A stretch of 64,000 nucleotides of DNA from an uncultured Gammaproteobacteria bacterium (GCA_902628335.1 CACOMO010000002.1:143684-207683), one strand, 5' to 3'. Shown: positions 30,887 through 40,203, counted from the stretch's first letter. Numbers and translations: made by a program. Notes: a model not told the origin generated them from the letters alone.

Positions 30887-31249
30887 ATGAGTAAAATTGA
30901 AAACACTATAGAACTTGATAATCCCTCAAGTTCTTCAAAAATAGGTGCTACTTCTGGGCATGTAAAGGTTGGTTTCTATAAAGATGGAGTATTAGATTTA
31001 GATATCCCATTAGTAGATATCAATGATGCCTTGAGAACCGTCATTTGCAACAGCAAAGTCAAAATTAACCCATATAACATTGCTAAAGACAAAGGGTATT
31101 TTGATATTAGTCTTCCAGAGAATATCAAAGGAAGTCTTGCGAACCTAATTATAGTTAAGACACTAACGAATATCGGTCTTAAATATAAGTCTAATAGTTG
31201 CAAATTGGAGGTCGATGGTAATGAAAGAACGATATGCTTCCATTATTGA
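30887..31249 (+). CDS. Hypothetical protein downstream of SAM riboswitches
   Basis: Strong RBS GAGGAG; 120-aa ORF; no recognised motif. Confidence 0.7.
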   Translation: MSKIENTIELDNPSSSSKIGATSGHVKVGFYKDGVLDLDIPLVDINDALRTVICNSKVKINPYNIAKDKGYFDISLPENIKGSLANLIIVKTLTNIGLKYKSNSCKLEVDGNERTICFHY

Positions 31250-31574
31250 ACAATTAAAGTGGATTCCAATTAGTTATAGACATGACGGTTTACAAGGTAT
31301 CGTTAATGAACTGAGATTGTTATTTACTGGTAAAACAGTTAGATGTAAAGGTAAAGTTAAGGTTATTGATACAACCTTTGCAAAATACAGAAACTACAAA
31401 AGAAAGAGTGGAGAGAGTCTGACACTTTTATATAAATCTCATGATGGTAAAAAGGCAGCAATACACTTCGGGGAAAATAATCCTTGGAACTGGGCGCCAA
31501 AATTTATACAGATGAAGTTAAGGATGAGAGGGGATCTTCCAAAAACACATATAATCAAAGGATGGGAGGATTGA
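31221..31574 (+). CDS. Hypothetical basic protein, second gene of the SAM-riboswitch operon
   Basis: GGAGG 9 nt before ATG 31221; overlaps the previous ORF. Confidence 0.65.
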   Translation: MKERYASIIEQLKWIPISYRHDGLQGIVNELRLLFTGKTVRCKGKVKVIDTTFAKYRNYKRKSGESLTLLYKSHDGKKAAIHFGENNPWNWAPKFIQMKLRMRGDLPKTHIIKGWED

Positions 31575-31603
31575 AAAAAAACACCCCCTCCGAAGAGGGG
31601 GTG
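31574..31603 (-). terminator. Rho-independent terminator of the alkB-like gene
   Basis: On the minus strand CACCCCCTC-TTCG-GAGGGGGTG followed by T8. Confidence 0.9.
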
Positions 31604-31641
31604 CATCAAGTCCTTTTGAATTTTATATTTCCTATAAAATC

Positions 31642-32835
31642 TTAACTTTCTGCAGGGAATGAAAGCTCATCGCCATCGAAACGTGTACCTTCGTAACCAA
31701 CTTCTTCGTTGATTCTTGCAGCAATACCTTTCTCTGCGTCTGTTGCAAATTTCTCATCCCATGTAGCTAATCTTTTTCTCATGTACCAATGCCATAGTGG
31801 TGGTACAAGCGCTAATGCGAAGATTGTGAAATAACCCCAACCTGTGTTAGGTGCACCCACATTTTCAAGCTCCCAGAAATGTGTCTCACCACGATCATGA
31901 TGATCTGCTTGACGACCGATTTCAATGAAGAACCAGCTTGTGAATAGTGTGTTGTTATCCCAGTTATGACGATAGTCAATTGGCTGATCTTTAACACGAA
32001 TTAAGCCGTAGTGCTCAAGATAGTTCAATGCTTCTAATTCGAAGTTTGAAACTACCCAAACTACAGTTAATGCTGCTACACCAACCCAACCGCCTGCTGC
32101 AAAGAATAATGCAACTGATGGTACTGACATTAAGTAACCTCTAATCCAACGGTTTTGCCATGAGATAAAAGATTTACCCATACGTCCAAGTCTTTCTTTT
32201 TCCATGTTGAAAAGGAATTTTGACTGACCTAAGTATGAAAGCAGGTAATGACCATAGATCGTACGACCGCGAGGTGCTGTTGCAGGATCGTCTTCACTTG
32301 CTAACTCTAAGTGATGGTTGTAAACATGTGCATAACAGAAATGTGCTGACCCTGAAAGTGCCATTGTTGCTCTTGAGATTAAGAACCCAAAGCCTTTTGT
32401 ATGTGAAAGCTCATGTCCGTAAATGATACCTATACCAGCAAATATTCCAGTTGAAAGTGTTGCACCAATTAAATCTAGACCTGTTATTCCTGAGGTAACT
32501 GGAATTAGGCCAAATAACATTGATGTTACTTCTACTGGCATACCTGACATGTATCCGTAAACTCTCCATGCTAATGCAAGTTGTAGTAATACGAAAACAG
32601 GTAACATTAAGTACATTACCAAGTTCTGAAAACCAGGATTTGCTAATGTGTTTCCATTATCGTCGTGCATTCTGCTTGAAGCTTGTTTCTTGATTGCTGT
32701 ATCAATGAAGATACCAACAAAAAGAAGAACAACGCCTGTCCACGCAAACGCTCCGCCAATTAATACGCCTGCAAACGCAACCAAAATTAGTGACGGTGCA
32801 AGTAAGTATTTCATATTGTGTAAAATTTTTAACAT
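31642..32835 (-). CDS. AlkB-superfamily membrane non-heme diiron monooxygenase (divergent)
   Basis: HELSH, HVYNHH, DPATA, NYLEHYGL, QADHH; RBS AGGAGG. Confidence 0.88.
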   Translation of the reverse strand: MLKILHNMKYLLAPSLILVAFAGVLIGGAFAWTGVVLLFVGIFIDTAIKKQASSRMHDDNGNTLANPGFQNLVMYLMLPVFVLLQLALAWRVYGYMSGMPVEVTSMLFGLIPVTSGITGLDLIGATLSTGIFAGIGIIYGHELSHTKGFGFLISRATMALSGSAHFCYAHVYNHHLELASEDDPATAPRGRTIYGHYLLSYLGQSKFLFNMEKERLGRMGKSFISWQNRWIRGYLMSVPSVALFFAAGGWVGVAALTVVWVVSNFELEALNYLEHYGLIRVKDQPIDYRHNWDNNTLFTSWFFIEIGRQADHHDRGETHFWELENVGAPNTGWGYFTIFALALVPPLWHWYMRKRLATWDEKFATDAEKGIAARINEEVGYEGTRFDGDELSFPAES

Positions 32836-32888
32836 AACTACCTCCTAAGTAGTGTTTATGTCCATATTAAAACGTACAACTATATTAA

Positions 32889-32910
32889 AATATTAACATT
32901 GTCTAATATA
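32889..32910. promoter_or_regulatory. Copy of the TATATTAGA-N4-TCTAATATA motif upstream of the alkB-like gene
   Basis: AATATTAAC-ATTG-TCTAATATA, 3 of 18 mismatches; lies just downstream of a candidate promoter. Confidence 0.5.
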
Positions 32911-32938
32911 TTTAATATTTGTTCGTATATTGTCCATA

Positions 32939-32967
32939 ACAATATATTGACAAATAGACTATGTCAA
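32939..32967 (-). promoter_or_regulatory. Candidate sigma70 promoter of the alkB-like gene
   Basis: Minus strand TTGACA-17 nt-TATTGT; -35 is part of a TTGACA-N9-TGTCAA inverted repeat. Confidence 0.5.
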
Positions 32968-33028
32968 GCCAAATAGTGCAAAATTTACTAAATGTTACTG
33001 CAGGTTAGGTTTTATAAGGGTTAACTGG

Positions 33029-33274
33029 TTATTTAGATTTGTATTTACGTCTAAATTTGGCCACGCGGCCTTCTTTCGTCTCAATTCTACCTTTTCCGGT
33101 GTAAAAAGGGTGGGATTCTGATGAAGTCTCTATCTTGTAGACTGGATACTCTTTACCATCCTCATATTTCATAGTCTCTTTAGGGTCTAGAGTAGATGAC
33201 AAGAGAAAGCTCTTGTTGCTAGATACATCAAAAAATATTATTGGTTGATGTTTTGGATGAATATCTTTTTTCAT
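33029..33274 (-). CDS. rpmE2: 50S ribosomal protein L31 type B (zinc-free)
   Basis: MKKDIHP...SSESHPFYTGK...GRVAKF, no CxxC. Confidence 0.93.
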   Translation of the reverse strand: MKKDIHPKHQPIIFFDVSSNKSFLLSSTLDPKETMKYEDGKEYPVYKIETSSESHPFYTGKGRIETKEGRVAKFRRKYKSK

Positions 33275-33363
33275 AATCTGGTAATATAGCATAGTATTTA
33301 AGAACTAATAATATATTTTTAACGCAATTATCAAAGAAAATACCAGGTTTTTACTACTAGAAA

Positions 33364-34110
33364 ATGAAAATTATTCAAATAACCGACTTGCATCTTAGAT
33401 CTGATAAGAATTATAACGCTTTTGAGATAAACACATTTCAATCAGCAGAGATGATTATCAGCCATATATCCAAGCAGCACAGAGATATCGGTGCACTTGT
33501 AATTTCAGGAGACATTTCTGATGATGAGACAAGTGAGTCTTATTCGAATCTCATGGAGATAACTGATCAAATTAATACCGAAATATACTTGATGCCAGGT
33601 AATCATGACTCTATTGAAGAAATAGAGAAGTGTGCATCTAACAATAGGGTGAATTCAGAGCTTTATTTTATGAGAGATAATTGGGTCTTCTTTATGTTTA
33701 ATACAAAGAAGAATAACTCGCCAAATGGCTTATTGAAGCAACATGAAATAGACATTTTCATAAACATGCTAAGGGAGAATTCTGATAAATTCTTCATGAT
33801 ATTTCTACACCATCACCCAGTAAAAATTGGATCACCAACAATGGATAAAATGATTATTGAGAATGCGAATATTCTTCTTGAACTTATAGAGCAATATAAA
33901 TCAATACGGGGAGTATCTTGGGGTCATATTCATAATGTTTTTGAAACACAACTCAACAACGCTAAATTGTTCTCTACCCCGTCAACTTGTTACCAATCTA
34001 AACCAAAATCTAAAAGTTTTGTTATTGATGAAAAAGAGAAACCTGGTTACAGGATTATTCACTTCAGCTCAAGTGGAGAACTAAAAACAGAAGTTAGGCG
34101 TATGTGCTAA
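33364..34110 (+). CDS. cpdA: 3',5'-cyclic-nucleotide phosphodiesterase (Icc/CpdA metallophosphoesterase)
   Basis: TDLH, SGD, PGNHD, HHHP, GHIH, PSTCYQ. Confidence 0.85.
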   Translation: MKIIQITDLHLRSDKNYNAFEINTFQSAEMIISHISKQHRDIGALVISGDISDDETSESYSNLMEITDQINTEIYLMPGNHDSIEEIEKCASNNRVNSELYFMRDNWVFFMFNTKKNNSPNGLLKQHEIDIFINMLRENSDKFFMIFLHHHPVKIGSPTMDKMIIENANILLELIEQYKSIRGVSWGHIHNVFETQLNNAKLFSTPSTCYQSKPKSKSFVIDEKEKPGYRIIHFSSSGELKTEVRRMC

Positions 34111-34129
34111 ACAAGGCTGATTTCAATTT

Positions 34130-35419
34130 TCAATTGTTATATCCTTTTTCACCGTGCTCAGTTAAGTCAATCCCTGTCTCTTCATTCTCATCAGTGACTC
34201 TAAGGCCTACAAGACTGTTTGTTATTTTCAATCCTATGTATGTGAAAATACCACACCACACAATTGTGAATAAAACTCCGATAAATTGAATTATTACTTG
34301 TTTAGAAATACTATTTTCTAGCCCTACTCCACCATAGGTACTGGCTGCAAAAACACCAGTAAGAAGTGTTCCAAGTATTCCACCTACACCATGGACTGGA
34401 AATACATCAAGTGAGTCATCTATCAAGAGAATCTTTTTTATGTACTGAGTAGCCTCATAACATACAACACCAGCAGAAATACCAATTATTAACGCTCCTA
34501 TTGGACCTACAAAACCAGAAGCTGGAGTAATTGTTCCCAGCCCAGCAACCATACCTGTCACAATACCAAGCACACTCGGTTTGCCCTGTTTCATCCACTC
34601 TCTGAACATCCATGATAATGAGCCAGCTGCAGCTCCAATGTGAGTAACTAACATAGCCATGCCAGCAGATTGATCAGCTGCTAGAGCAGATCCTGCGTTA
34701 AAACCAAACCATCCTACCCATAACATTGACGCACCGGCAACAGTCATTGCAAGATTATGAGGTGGCATTGGAGTGCTCGGAAATCCCCTTCTCTCTTTAA
34801 GCATAACTGCTGCAACAAGAGCTGCTATACCGGCATTGACGTGGACTACAGTCCCGCCTGCAAAATCCAATAAACCAAGCTCGCCCAGCCATCCACCACC
34901 CCAGACCATATGGCAAATTGGCGCATAGACAAAAGTCATCCAAATCAGACTAAAAATGAGCATTGCAGAAAATTTCATTCGTTCAGCAAATCCACCCACA
35001 ATCAGTGCAGGTGTTATGATAGCAAAGGTTAGTTGAAACATTGCGAAAACTGTCTCAGGAATATCACCTGACATGTTTGAGGAAGATAGCGAAGATAAAA
35101 ATAAATTATCAAGATTACCCACAAAAGCATTGAAAGATCCACCATCTCCAAAGGTCCAGCTATATAAATAAACCACCCACATTAGAGATACTAAACATGT
35201 GAGAGAAAAACACTGCATCAACACTGATAATACGTTTTTGCTTCGGACTAAACCCGCATAGAAAAACGCCAGACCTGGTAAAGTCATGAAGAGGACTAAT
35301 ACAGTAGATGTTAATATCCATGATGTGTTTGCATTAGAGATTTCATCTGCTAATACATAGCTTGGTGATAAGAAAAATAAAAGACCTAAAGGCAAAAACC
35401 TTGATATAATTTTGTACAT
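34130..35419 (-). CDS. amtB: Ammonium transporter
   Basis: DFAGGTVVH, WFGFNAGS, DDSLDVFPVHG. Confidence 0.96.
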   Translation of the reverse strand: MYKIISRFLPLGLLFFLSPSYVLADEISNANTSWILTSTVLVLFMTLPGLAFFYAGLVRSKNVLSVLMQCFSLTCLVSLMWVVYLYSWTFGDGGSFNAFVGNLDNLFLSSLSSSNMSGDIPETVFAMFQLTFAIITPALIVGGFAERMKFSAMLIFSLIWMTFVYAPICHMVWGGGWLGELGLLDFAGGTVVHVNAGIAALVAAVMLKERRGFPSTPMPPHNLAMTVAGASMLWVGWFGFNAGSALAADQSAGMAMLVTHIGAAAGSLSWMFREWMKQGKPSVLGIVTGMVAGLGTITPASGFVGPIGALIIGISAGVVCYEATQYIKKILLIDDSLDVFPVHGVGGILGTLLTGVFAASTYGGVGLENSISKQVIIQFIGVLFTIVWCGIFTYIGLKITNSLVGLRVTDENEETGIDLTEHGEKGYNN

Positions 35420-35443
35420 AATACTTACTCCTACCAGGATTAA

Positions 35444-35460
35444 TGCACAAAATATGCCAA
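35444..35460 (-). promoter_or_regulatory. Sigma54 (-24/-12) promoter of amtB
   Basis: Minus strand TTGGCATATTTTGTGCA, GG-N10-GC spacing. Confidence 0.7.
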
Positions 35461-35583
35461 CTCTTAATTATTTGAAAAGTTTGAATCCATCGAGTAATCT
35501 ATTACTTTATATGGCATAGTTTGATTTCAAGTGAATAAACTAAGATACTTCTGTTCAAGTTACGCACATAATAAATACATGTA

Positions 35584-35600
35584 TGCACTATTATGAAGCA
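35584..35600. promoter_or_regulatory. Putative NtrC-binding site
   Basis: TGCACTATTATGAAGCA resembles TGCAC-N7-GTGCA; about 125 bp upstream of the sigma54 site; weaker half-site at 35563-35579. Confidence 0.55.
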
Positions 35601-36702
35601 AATTGATAAAACATATGATGCAATTATCATTGGAGCTGGTCCTGCTGGGTGCACCTGTGCGCAATACTTACGTCAATCAGATTTAAAGGTACTTTTACTG
35701 GATAAAAATAATTTTCCGAGACATAAGCCTTGTGCCGGTGGTATTACTATGAAAACTATTAAACATTTACCTATTAACGTTGAGCATCTTGTTCAGCATA
35801 CCGCTAGAAATATGAAGTTTTCGTTTAGCAAAGATAGGTCAGTTGAATTACAACATGATACTGGTTCATGTGTAATGGTGATCAGAGATGAATTTGATAA
35901 TTATTTTTTCGAGGAAACCTTGAAAACAGGAGTTCAGTTTCAAAAAATATCAAAATTAAAAAGCATAAAACACAAGGATGATCAGTTGATTGAGGTTTCA
36001 TTTGATGATTATTTGGTAAACGCCCAGTACATTATTGGTGCGGATGGCGCAAATAGTAAGGTAAGGAAACTATCACACGAAAAACATCATCTTCATCCTG
36101 TATCAGCGTATGAAGGTAAGGTATCTCGTTATAGTGAGGATGATGCGGTGACAGAATTTATTTTTAATGATAGTGGATATGCATGGATATTCCCTAAATT
36201 AGATCACTATAATGTCGGCATTGGAAATCTTGTTAACGATCATAATATCAAGAAACGAACAAAGGAAGATTTGTTTAAATTCGTCGCAAAGAAATTTAAT
36301 GGGAGAGAGATAGCAGATATTACTGCTTTTCCCATTGGAACAGAGGGTATAGGTTATGCCGCAAAAAATAATATCTTCTTGGTAGGTGATGCAGCTGGCC
36401 TTGCTGAGACTCTTCTTGGTGAGGGTATATATAACGCTGTTATCTCTGGTAAATACGCTGCCTTATCAATCATTGATTCAAAAGAAGGTGGTCGATCTGC
36501 AACATCTATTTACAATTCATTTTTGAGAAAATTATCAAATGAGTTAACACTGTACAGCAAAGGGGCAAAAATTCTATATGGTTTTCCCAAAATAAGCTAC
36601 TACGCCATGAAGCTTTGGTTAGGTGAAAAATTTATGACCGGTTACTCAAACGGCCAAACACTCTCTGAAATAATGGGAAAGAAAAATTCACTTATTAACT
36701 GA
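35593..36702 (+). CDS. Geranylgeranyl reductase family FAD-dependent oxidoreductase
   Basis: IIGAGPAG, PRHKPCAGG, GADGANS, YAWIFP, VGDAAG...GEGIY. Confidence 0.87.
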   Translation: MKQIDKTYDAIIIGAGPAGCTCAQYLRQSDLKVLLLDKNNFPRHKPCAGGITMKTIKHLPINVEHLVQHTARNMKFSFSKDRSVELQHDTGSCVMVIRDEFDNYFFEETLKTGVQFQKISKLKSIKHKDDQLIEVSFDDYLVNAQYIIGADGANSKVRKLSHEKHHLHPVSAYEGKVSRYSEDDAVTEFIFNDSGYAWIFPKLDHYNVGIGNLVNDHNIKKRTKEDLFKFVAKKFNGREIADITAFPIGTEGIGYAAKNNIFLVGDAAGLAETLLGEGIYNAVISGKYAALSIIDSKEGGRSATSIYNSFLRKLSNELTLYSKGAKILYGFPKISYYAMKLWLGEKFMTGYSNGQTLSEIMGKKNSLIN

Positions 36703-37677
36703 CTATCTACCCCTAGACCTGCACATCTCTGCAATATCCTTCAATAGATCACAGTGATTACTTGGTGGAATCTTGTTAAGACTTGATAATGCCAAATCAG
36801 TTTGTTCATTTATTTTATCCTGGAGATAAATGTCAGATTTATTGTTTTTAAGTATAGTGATAATTTCATCACTTTGAGTCGATGAATTTTCTCCAACTAT
36901 AGCCTCTTCTATTAGCGTTCTTTCTTTGTCAGTACAGTTTGCTAATGAGTGGATAATGGGAAGTGTAACTTTGCCTTCTACCAGATCTTCAGTTAAATTC
37001 TTTCCTGTTTCTGAACGTGTACCAAAATAGTCTAAGAAATCATTTCTGAGCTGGTATGCAATCCCAAAATGATAACCATATCTCTGTAGATTATCGATTT
37101 GAGTTTTATCACAAGCGCTTGTTATGCCTCCTATTTTTGCTGAAGCTTCAAACAAAATTGCAGTTTTTCGGTAAATAATTTCCATATAATCTTCTTCAGT
37201 AAGTTTTGTATTCTCGATATTCATTAGTTGCATAACTTCCCCTTGAGCAATGGTATTAGTAGTTTGGGCAAGTGTTTTATATATTTCACTACTATTAATT
37301 TCTACTATAATCTCGAATGCACGAGAATAAAGAAAATCACCCACCAACACTGCTCCTTTGTTTCCCCAAATGGTATTTGCAGTGTCTTTACTATGTCTAA
37401 TTTCTGACATATCCACTACATCGTCATGAAGAAGTGTAGCAGCATGAATGAATTCAATAACGACTGCAGCATCTGTGACAGTTTGATTATCTGCTTCCTT
37501 ACCTACTTTAGATGATAAAATGAGAATGAGGGGACGCATTCTTTTTCCGCCACTCTGGATAATGTGTGCTCCCAACTGATTTATTAATGAAACATTTGTT
37601 TTAGACCGTATTTTCAATCTCGACTCAAGCAAATCTAGCTCGTTACTCACTCTTTCTTTGATAGTACTCAATTCCAT
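36703..37677 (-). CDS. ispB: Polyprenyl (octaprenyl) diphosphate synthase
   Basis: GGKRMRP, LHDDVVD, VLVGDFLY, KTA; divergent from rplU as usual. Confidence 0.92.
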   Translation of the reverse strand: MELSTIKERVSNELDLLESRLKIRSKTNVSLINQLGAHIIQSGGKRMRPLILILSSKVGKEADNQTVTDAAVVIEFIHAATLLHDDVVDMSEIRHSKDTANTIWGNKGAVLVGDFLYSRAFEIIVEINSSEIYKTLAQTTNTIAQGEVMQLMNIENTKLTEEDYMEIIYRKTAILFEASAKIGGITSACDKTQIDNLQRYGYHFGIAYQLRNDFLDYFGTRSETGKNLTEDLVEGKVTLPIIHSLANCTDKERTLIEEAIVGENSSTQSDEIITILKNNKSDIYLQDKINEQTDLALSSLNKIPPSNHCDLLKDIAEMCRSRGR

Positions 37678-37804
37678 ATAGACATATTACATATTATGCT
37701 GAGTTTTGACAGTAAAACTGGGAGATAAAAGCTCTAATAATTTACTCAAAAGTTGTTTATTAAATAACAAATACAGGGTAAAATTTATGCTTTCAGGTGA
37801 TAAT

Positions 37805-38113
37805 ATGATAGCAATAATAAAGAGTGGGTGCCAACAGTTTAAGGTAACAGAAGGTGATCATATTAAGGTGATGCCAGTAGCATCACCAGAAGGTTCCTCA
37901 GTTTCGTTCGATAATGTCGTTTCTGCATTTGATGATAATAACCAGTTATTACCAAATGAAAAAATTTCAACACTCAAGGTAACTGGAACAGTTAAAAGAC
38001 ACGGCAACTATAAGAAAATTAGGGTAATTAAATTTAAAAGACGTAAGCACTACATGAGATCCCATGGCCATAAGCAAGGCTATACAGAGATAAAAATAGA
38101 ATCAATCAAATAA
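37805..38113 (+). CDS. rplU: 50S ribosomal protein L21
   Basis: KFKRRKHY...GHKQGYT; start moved to MIAIIK. Confidence 0.93.
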   Translation: MIAIIKSGCQQFKVTEGDHIKVMPVASPEGSSVSFDNVVSAFDDNNQLLPNEKISTLKVTGTVKRHGNYKKIRVIKFKRRKHYMRSHGHKQGYTEIKIESIK

Positions 38114-38126
38114 GAAGGAACAAGAA

Positions 38127-38393
38127 ATGGCACATAAGAAAGCTGGCGGAAGTACGAAAAACGGAAGAGATTCAGAATCTAAGAGATTAGGTGTCAAAAA
38201 ATTTGGAAGTGAGTTCGTAAAAGCTGGCAACATCATTATACGTCAACGTGGAACACCAGTTAAGCCTGGACAAAATGTTGGCTGCGGTAAAGATCATACG
38301 CTTTTTGCCAAAATAGATGGCTATGTTCTTTTTCAAAGAAAAGGACCAAACAAACATAAATTTGTCAGTGTTCTTCCGACAAAATTAAATTAA
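38127..38393 (+). CDS. rpmA: 50S ribosomal protein L27
   Basis: [16 protein letters not shown]. Confidence 0.98.
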   Translation: MAHKKAGGSTKNGRDSESKRLGVKKFGSEFVKAGNIIIRQRGTPVKPGQNVGCGKDHTLFAKIDGYVLFQRKGPNKHKFVSVLPTKLN

Positions 38394-38421
38394 ATAATTC
38401 AGACTTAACAATTCCAAAATT

Positions 38422-39432
38422 ATGAAATTTATAGATGAAACCGTCATCTCTGTTAAAGCAGGTAATGGTGGTGATGGGTGCCTAAGTTTTAGAAGAGAAA
38501 AATATATACCATTTGGTGGGCCAGATGGTGGTGATGGTGGAATTGGTGGATCGATTATTGCAACAGCAAAAGATGGTTTAAATACACTTGCAGATTTTAG
38601 GAACAAAAATGAATTTCGAGCAAGTAATGGTGAAAAAGGTGGTGGTAAAAATAAAAAAGGTAAGGCTGGTGAGGATCTAGTAATTGAACTACCTGTGGGT
38701 TCTGTAATTTATGATAATGAGTCAGGAAATGAGATATGTGACTTAGAATCTCACGGACAGAGTGTTGAGCTTGCAAAAGGTGGTGATTTTGGACTAGGTA
38801 ATACTAGATTTAAATCTTCGACTAATAGAGCTCCAAGGAAAATAACTAAAGGCATCAAAGGAGAAAGTAAAAAATACAAAATAGTTCTAAAAGTTCTTGC
38901 AGATGTTGGTTTAGTGGGTTTACCGAACGTAGGCAAAAGCTCGATATTATCAGCTGTGAGTATGGCTAGACCTAAAATTGCAAACTATGAATTTACAACA
39001 CTGCATCCAAACCTTGGGGTGGTCCTAATCAATGAGTACGAAAAGTTTGTTGTTGCAGATATTCCTGGTTTAATTGAGGGAGCTTCAAGTGGATTAGGAT
39101 TGGGTATACAATTTTTAAAGCATATATCTAGAACTAAACTACTTTTGCATGTAATAGATATTTCAAATAGTGATATAAAAAAAATCACAAAGGATATCCA
39201 AGTAATAGAGACTGAGCTTAAAAATTATGATGATAAATTATTTAATATGAGCCGTTGGTATGTTTTCAATAAAATCGACTTACTAAATAGAAAAGATTTA
39301 ATGGATATGAAAAATAATATTGTCAAAAATCATGACTCTAATGTATATTTTACATCATCAATAAATAAAAATGGTCTAGAAAAAATGTGTAATGATATCT
39401 GGAATCATCTTAGAGAGATTTATAATGATTAA
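38422..39432 (+). CDS. obgE: GTPase ObgE
   Basis: Gly-rich Obg domain, GLPNVGKS, DIPG, NKID. Confidence 0.97.
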   Translation: MKFIDETVISVKAGNGGDGCLSFRREKYIPFGGPDGGDGGIGGSIIATAKDGLNTLADFRNKNEFRASNGEKGGGKNKKGKAGEDLVIELPVGSVIYDNESGNEICDLESHGQSVELAKGGDFGLGNTRFKSSTNRAPRKITKGIKGESKKYKIVLKVLADVGLVGLPNVGKSSILSAVSMARPKIANYEFTTLHPNLGVVLINEYEKFVVADIPGLIEGASSGLGLGIQFLKHISRTKLLLHVIDISNSDIKKITKDIQVIETELKNYDDKLFNMSRWYVFNKIDLLNRKDLMDMKNNIVKNHDSNVYFTSSINKNGLEKMCNDIWNHLREIYND

Positions 39433-40195
39433 TTATAGAAATGTAGTAATAAAAATAGGTAGTGCTCTATTAAGCAATGACAACCATGATGTTGAACATT
39501 TCATTAAGAATATTTGTAAGCAAATTGCAAATGCGAAAAGCAAAGGGACAAAATTTACTATTGTTACATCAGGCGCAATTAGTAAAGGACAAGAAATGCT
39601 TCAAGTTCAAAACAGGCCTAATGAGCTTGAGGAATTGCAGGCACTTGCCGCGATCGGGCAACAAAGTCTAATGAGAATGTATGAGGGAGAATTTGCAAAT
39701 CATGCTTGCTTAACTGCTCAAATCCTATTGACTCACGACGACATGAATAATCCAAATAGGTTTTTAAATGCGAAAGCTACTATTACTAGGATAATTTCAC
39801 AGGGTGTGATTCCAATTATTAACGAAAACGATGTGGTAGCAACAGAAGAGATTCGACTAGGAGATAATGACACATTAGCTGCGATGGTCTCTAATTTAGT
39901 TGAAGCGGATTTAATGATAATTTTAACAAATCAGAAAGGCTACTATGATAAAAACCCAGACAAATTCAATAATGCTAAACTTATTAAGAGATGTAACATT
40001 AAAGAGTTACAGGATTTTGATATCTCTTTAGACGATAAAAGTAAACTAGGTACGGGTGGCTTTAAAACGAAACTAAATGCCGTAAAAATGACAACCTCAG
40101 AACATACAACATCTATTATCGCATCTGGCTATGACACTAATGTTGTTGATAAGATATTAAATAAAAAAGTTATCGGTACTATTTTCTTTATTTGA
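39425..40195 (+). CDS. proB: Glutamate 5-kinase without PUA domain
   Basis: VIKIGS, AAIGQ, INENDVV, GDNDTLA, GTGG. Confidence 0.92.
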   Translation: MINYRNVVIKIGSALLSNDNHDVEHFIKNICKQIANAKSKGTKFTIVTSGAISKGQEMLQVQNRPNELEELQALAAIGQQSLMRMYEGEFANHACLTAQILLTHDDMNNPNRFLNAKATITRIISQGVIPIINENDVVATEEIRLGDNDTLAAMVSNLVEADLMIILTNQKGYYDKNPDKFNNAKLIKRCNIKELQDFDISLDDKSKLGTGGFKTKLNAVKMTTSEHTTSIIASGYDTNVVDKILNKKVIGTIFFI

Positions 40196-40203
40196 TGATA
40201 GAA

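Noticed and set aside
30887..31574. A single frameshifted gene, or a toxin-antitoxin pair
   Set aside because: The second ORF has its own well-spaced GGAGG; no toxin-antitoxin motifs recognised; the leader is a metabolite riboswitch
32943..32964. Additional copy of the shared palindrome starting TATATTGAC
   Set aside because: Right half does not match; better explained by the TTGACA inverted repeat and promoter
37706..37804. N-terminal extension of L21 in the ORF track (likewise S20 at 40465-40545, L31 and ProB)
   Set aside because: Homology and RBS position indicate downstream starts; extensions come from longest-ORF calling
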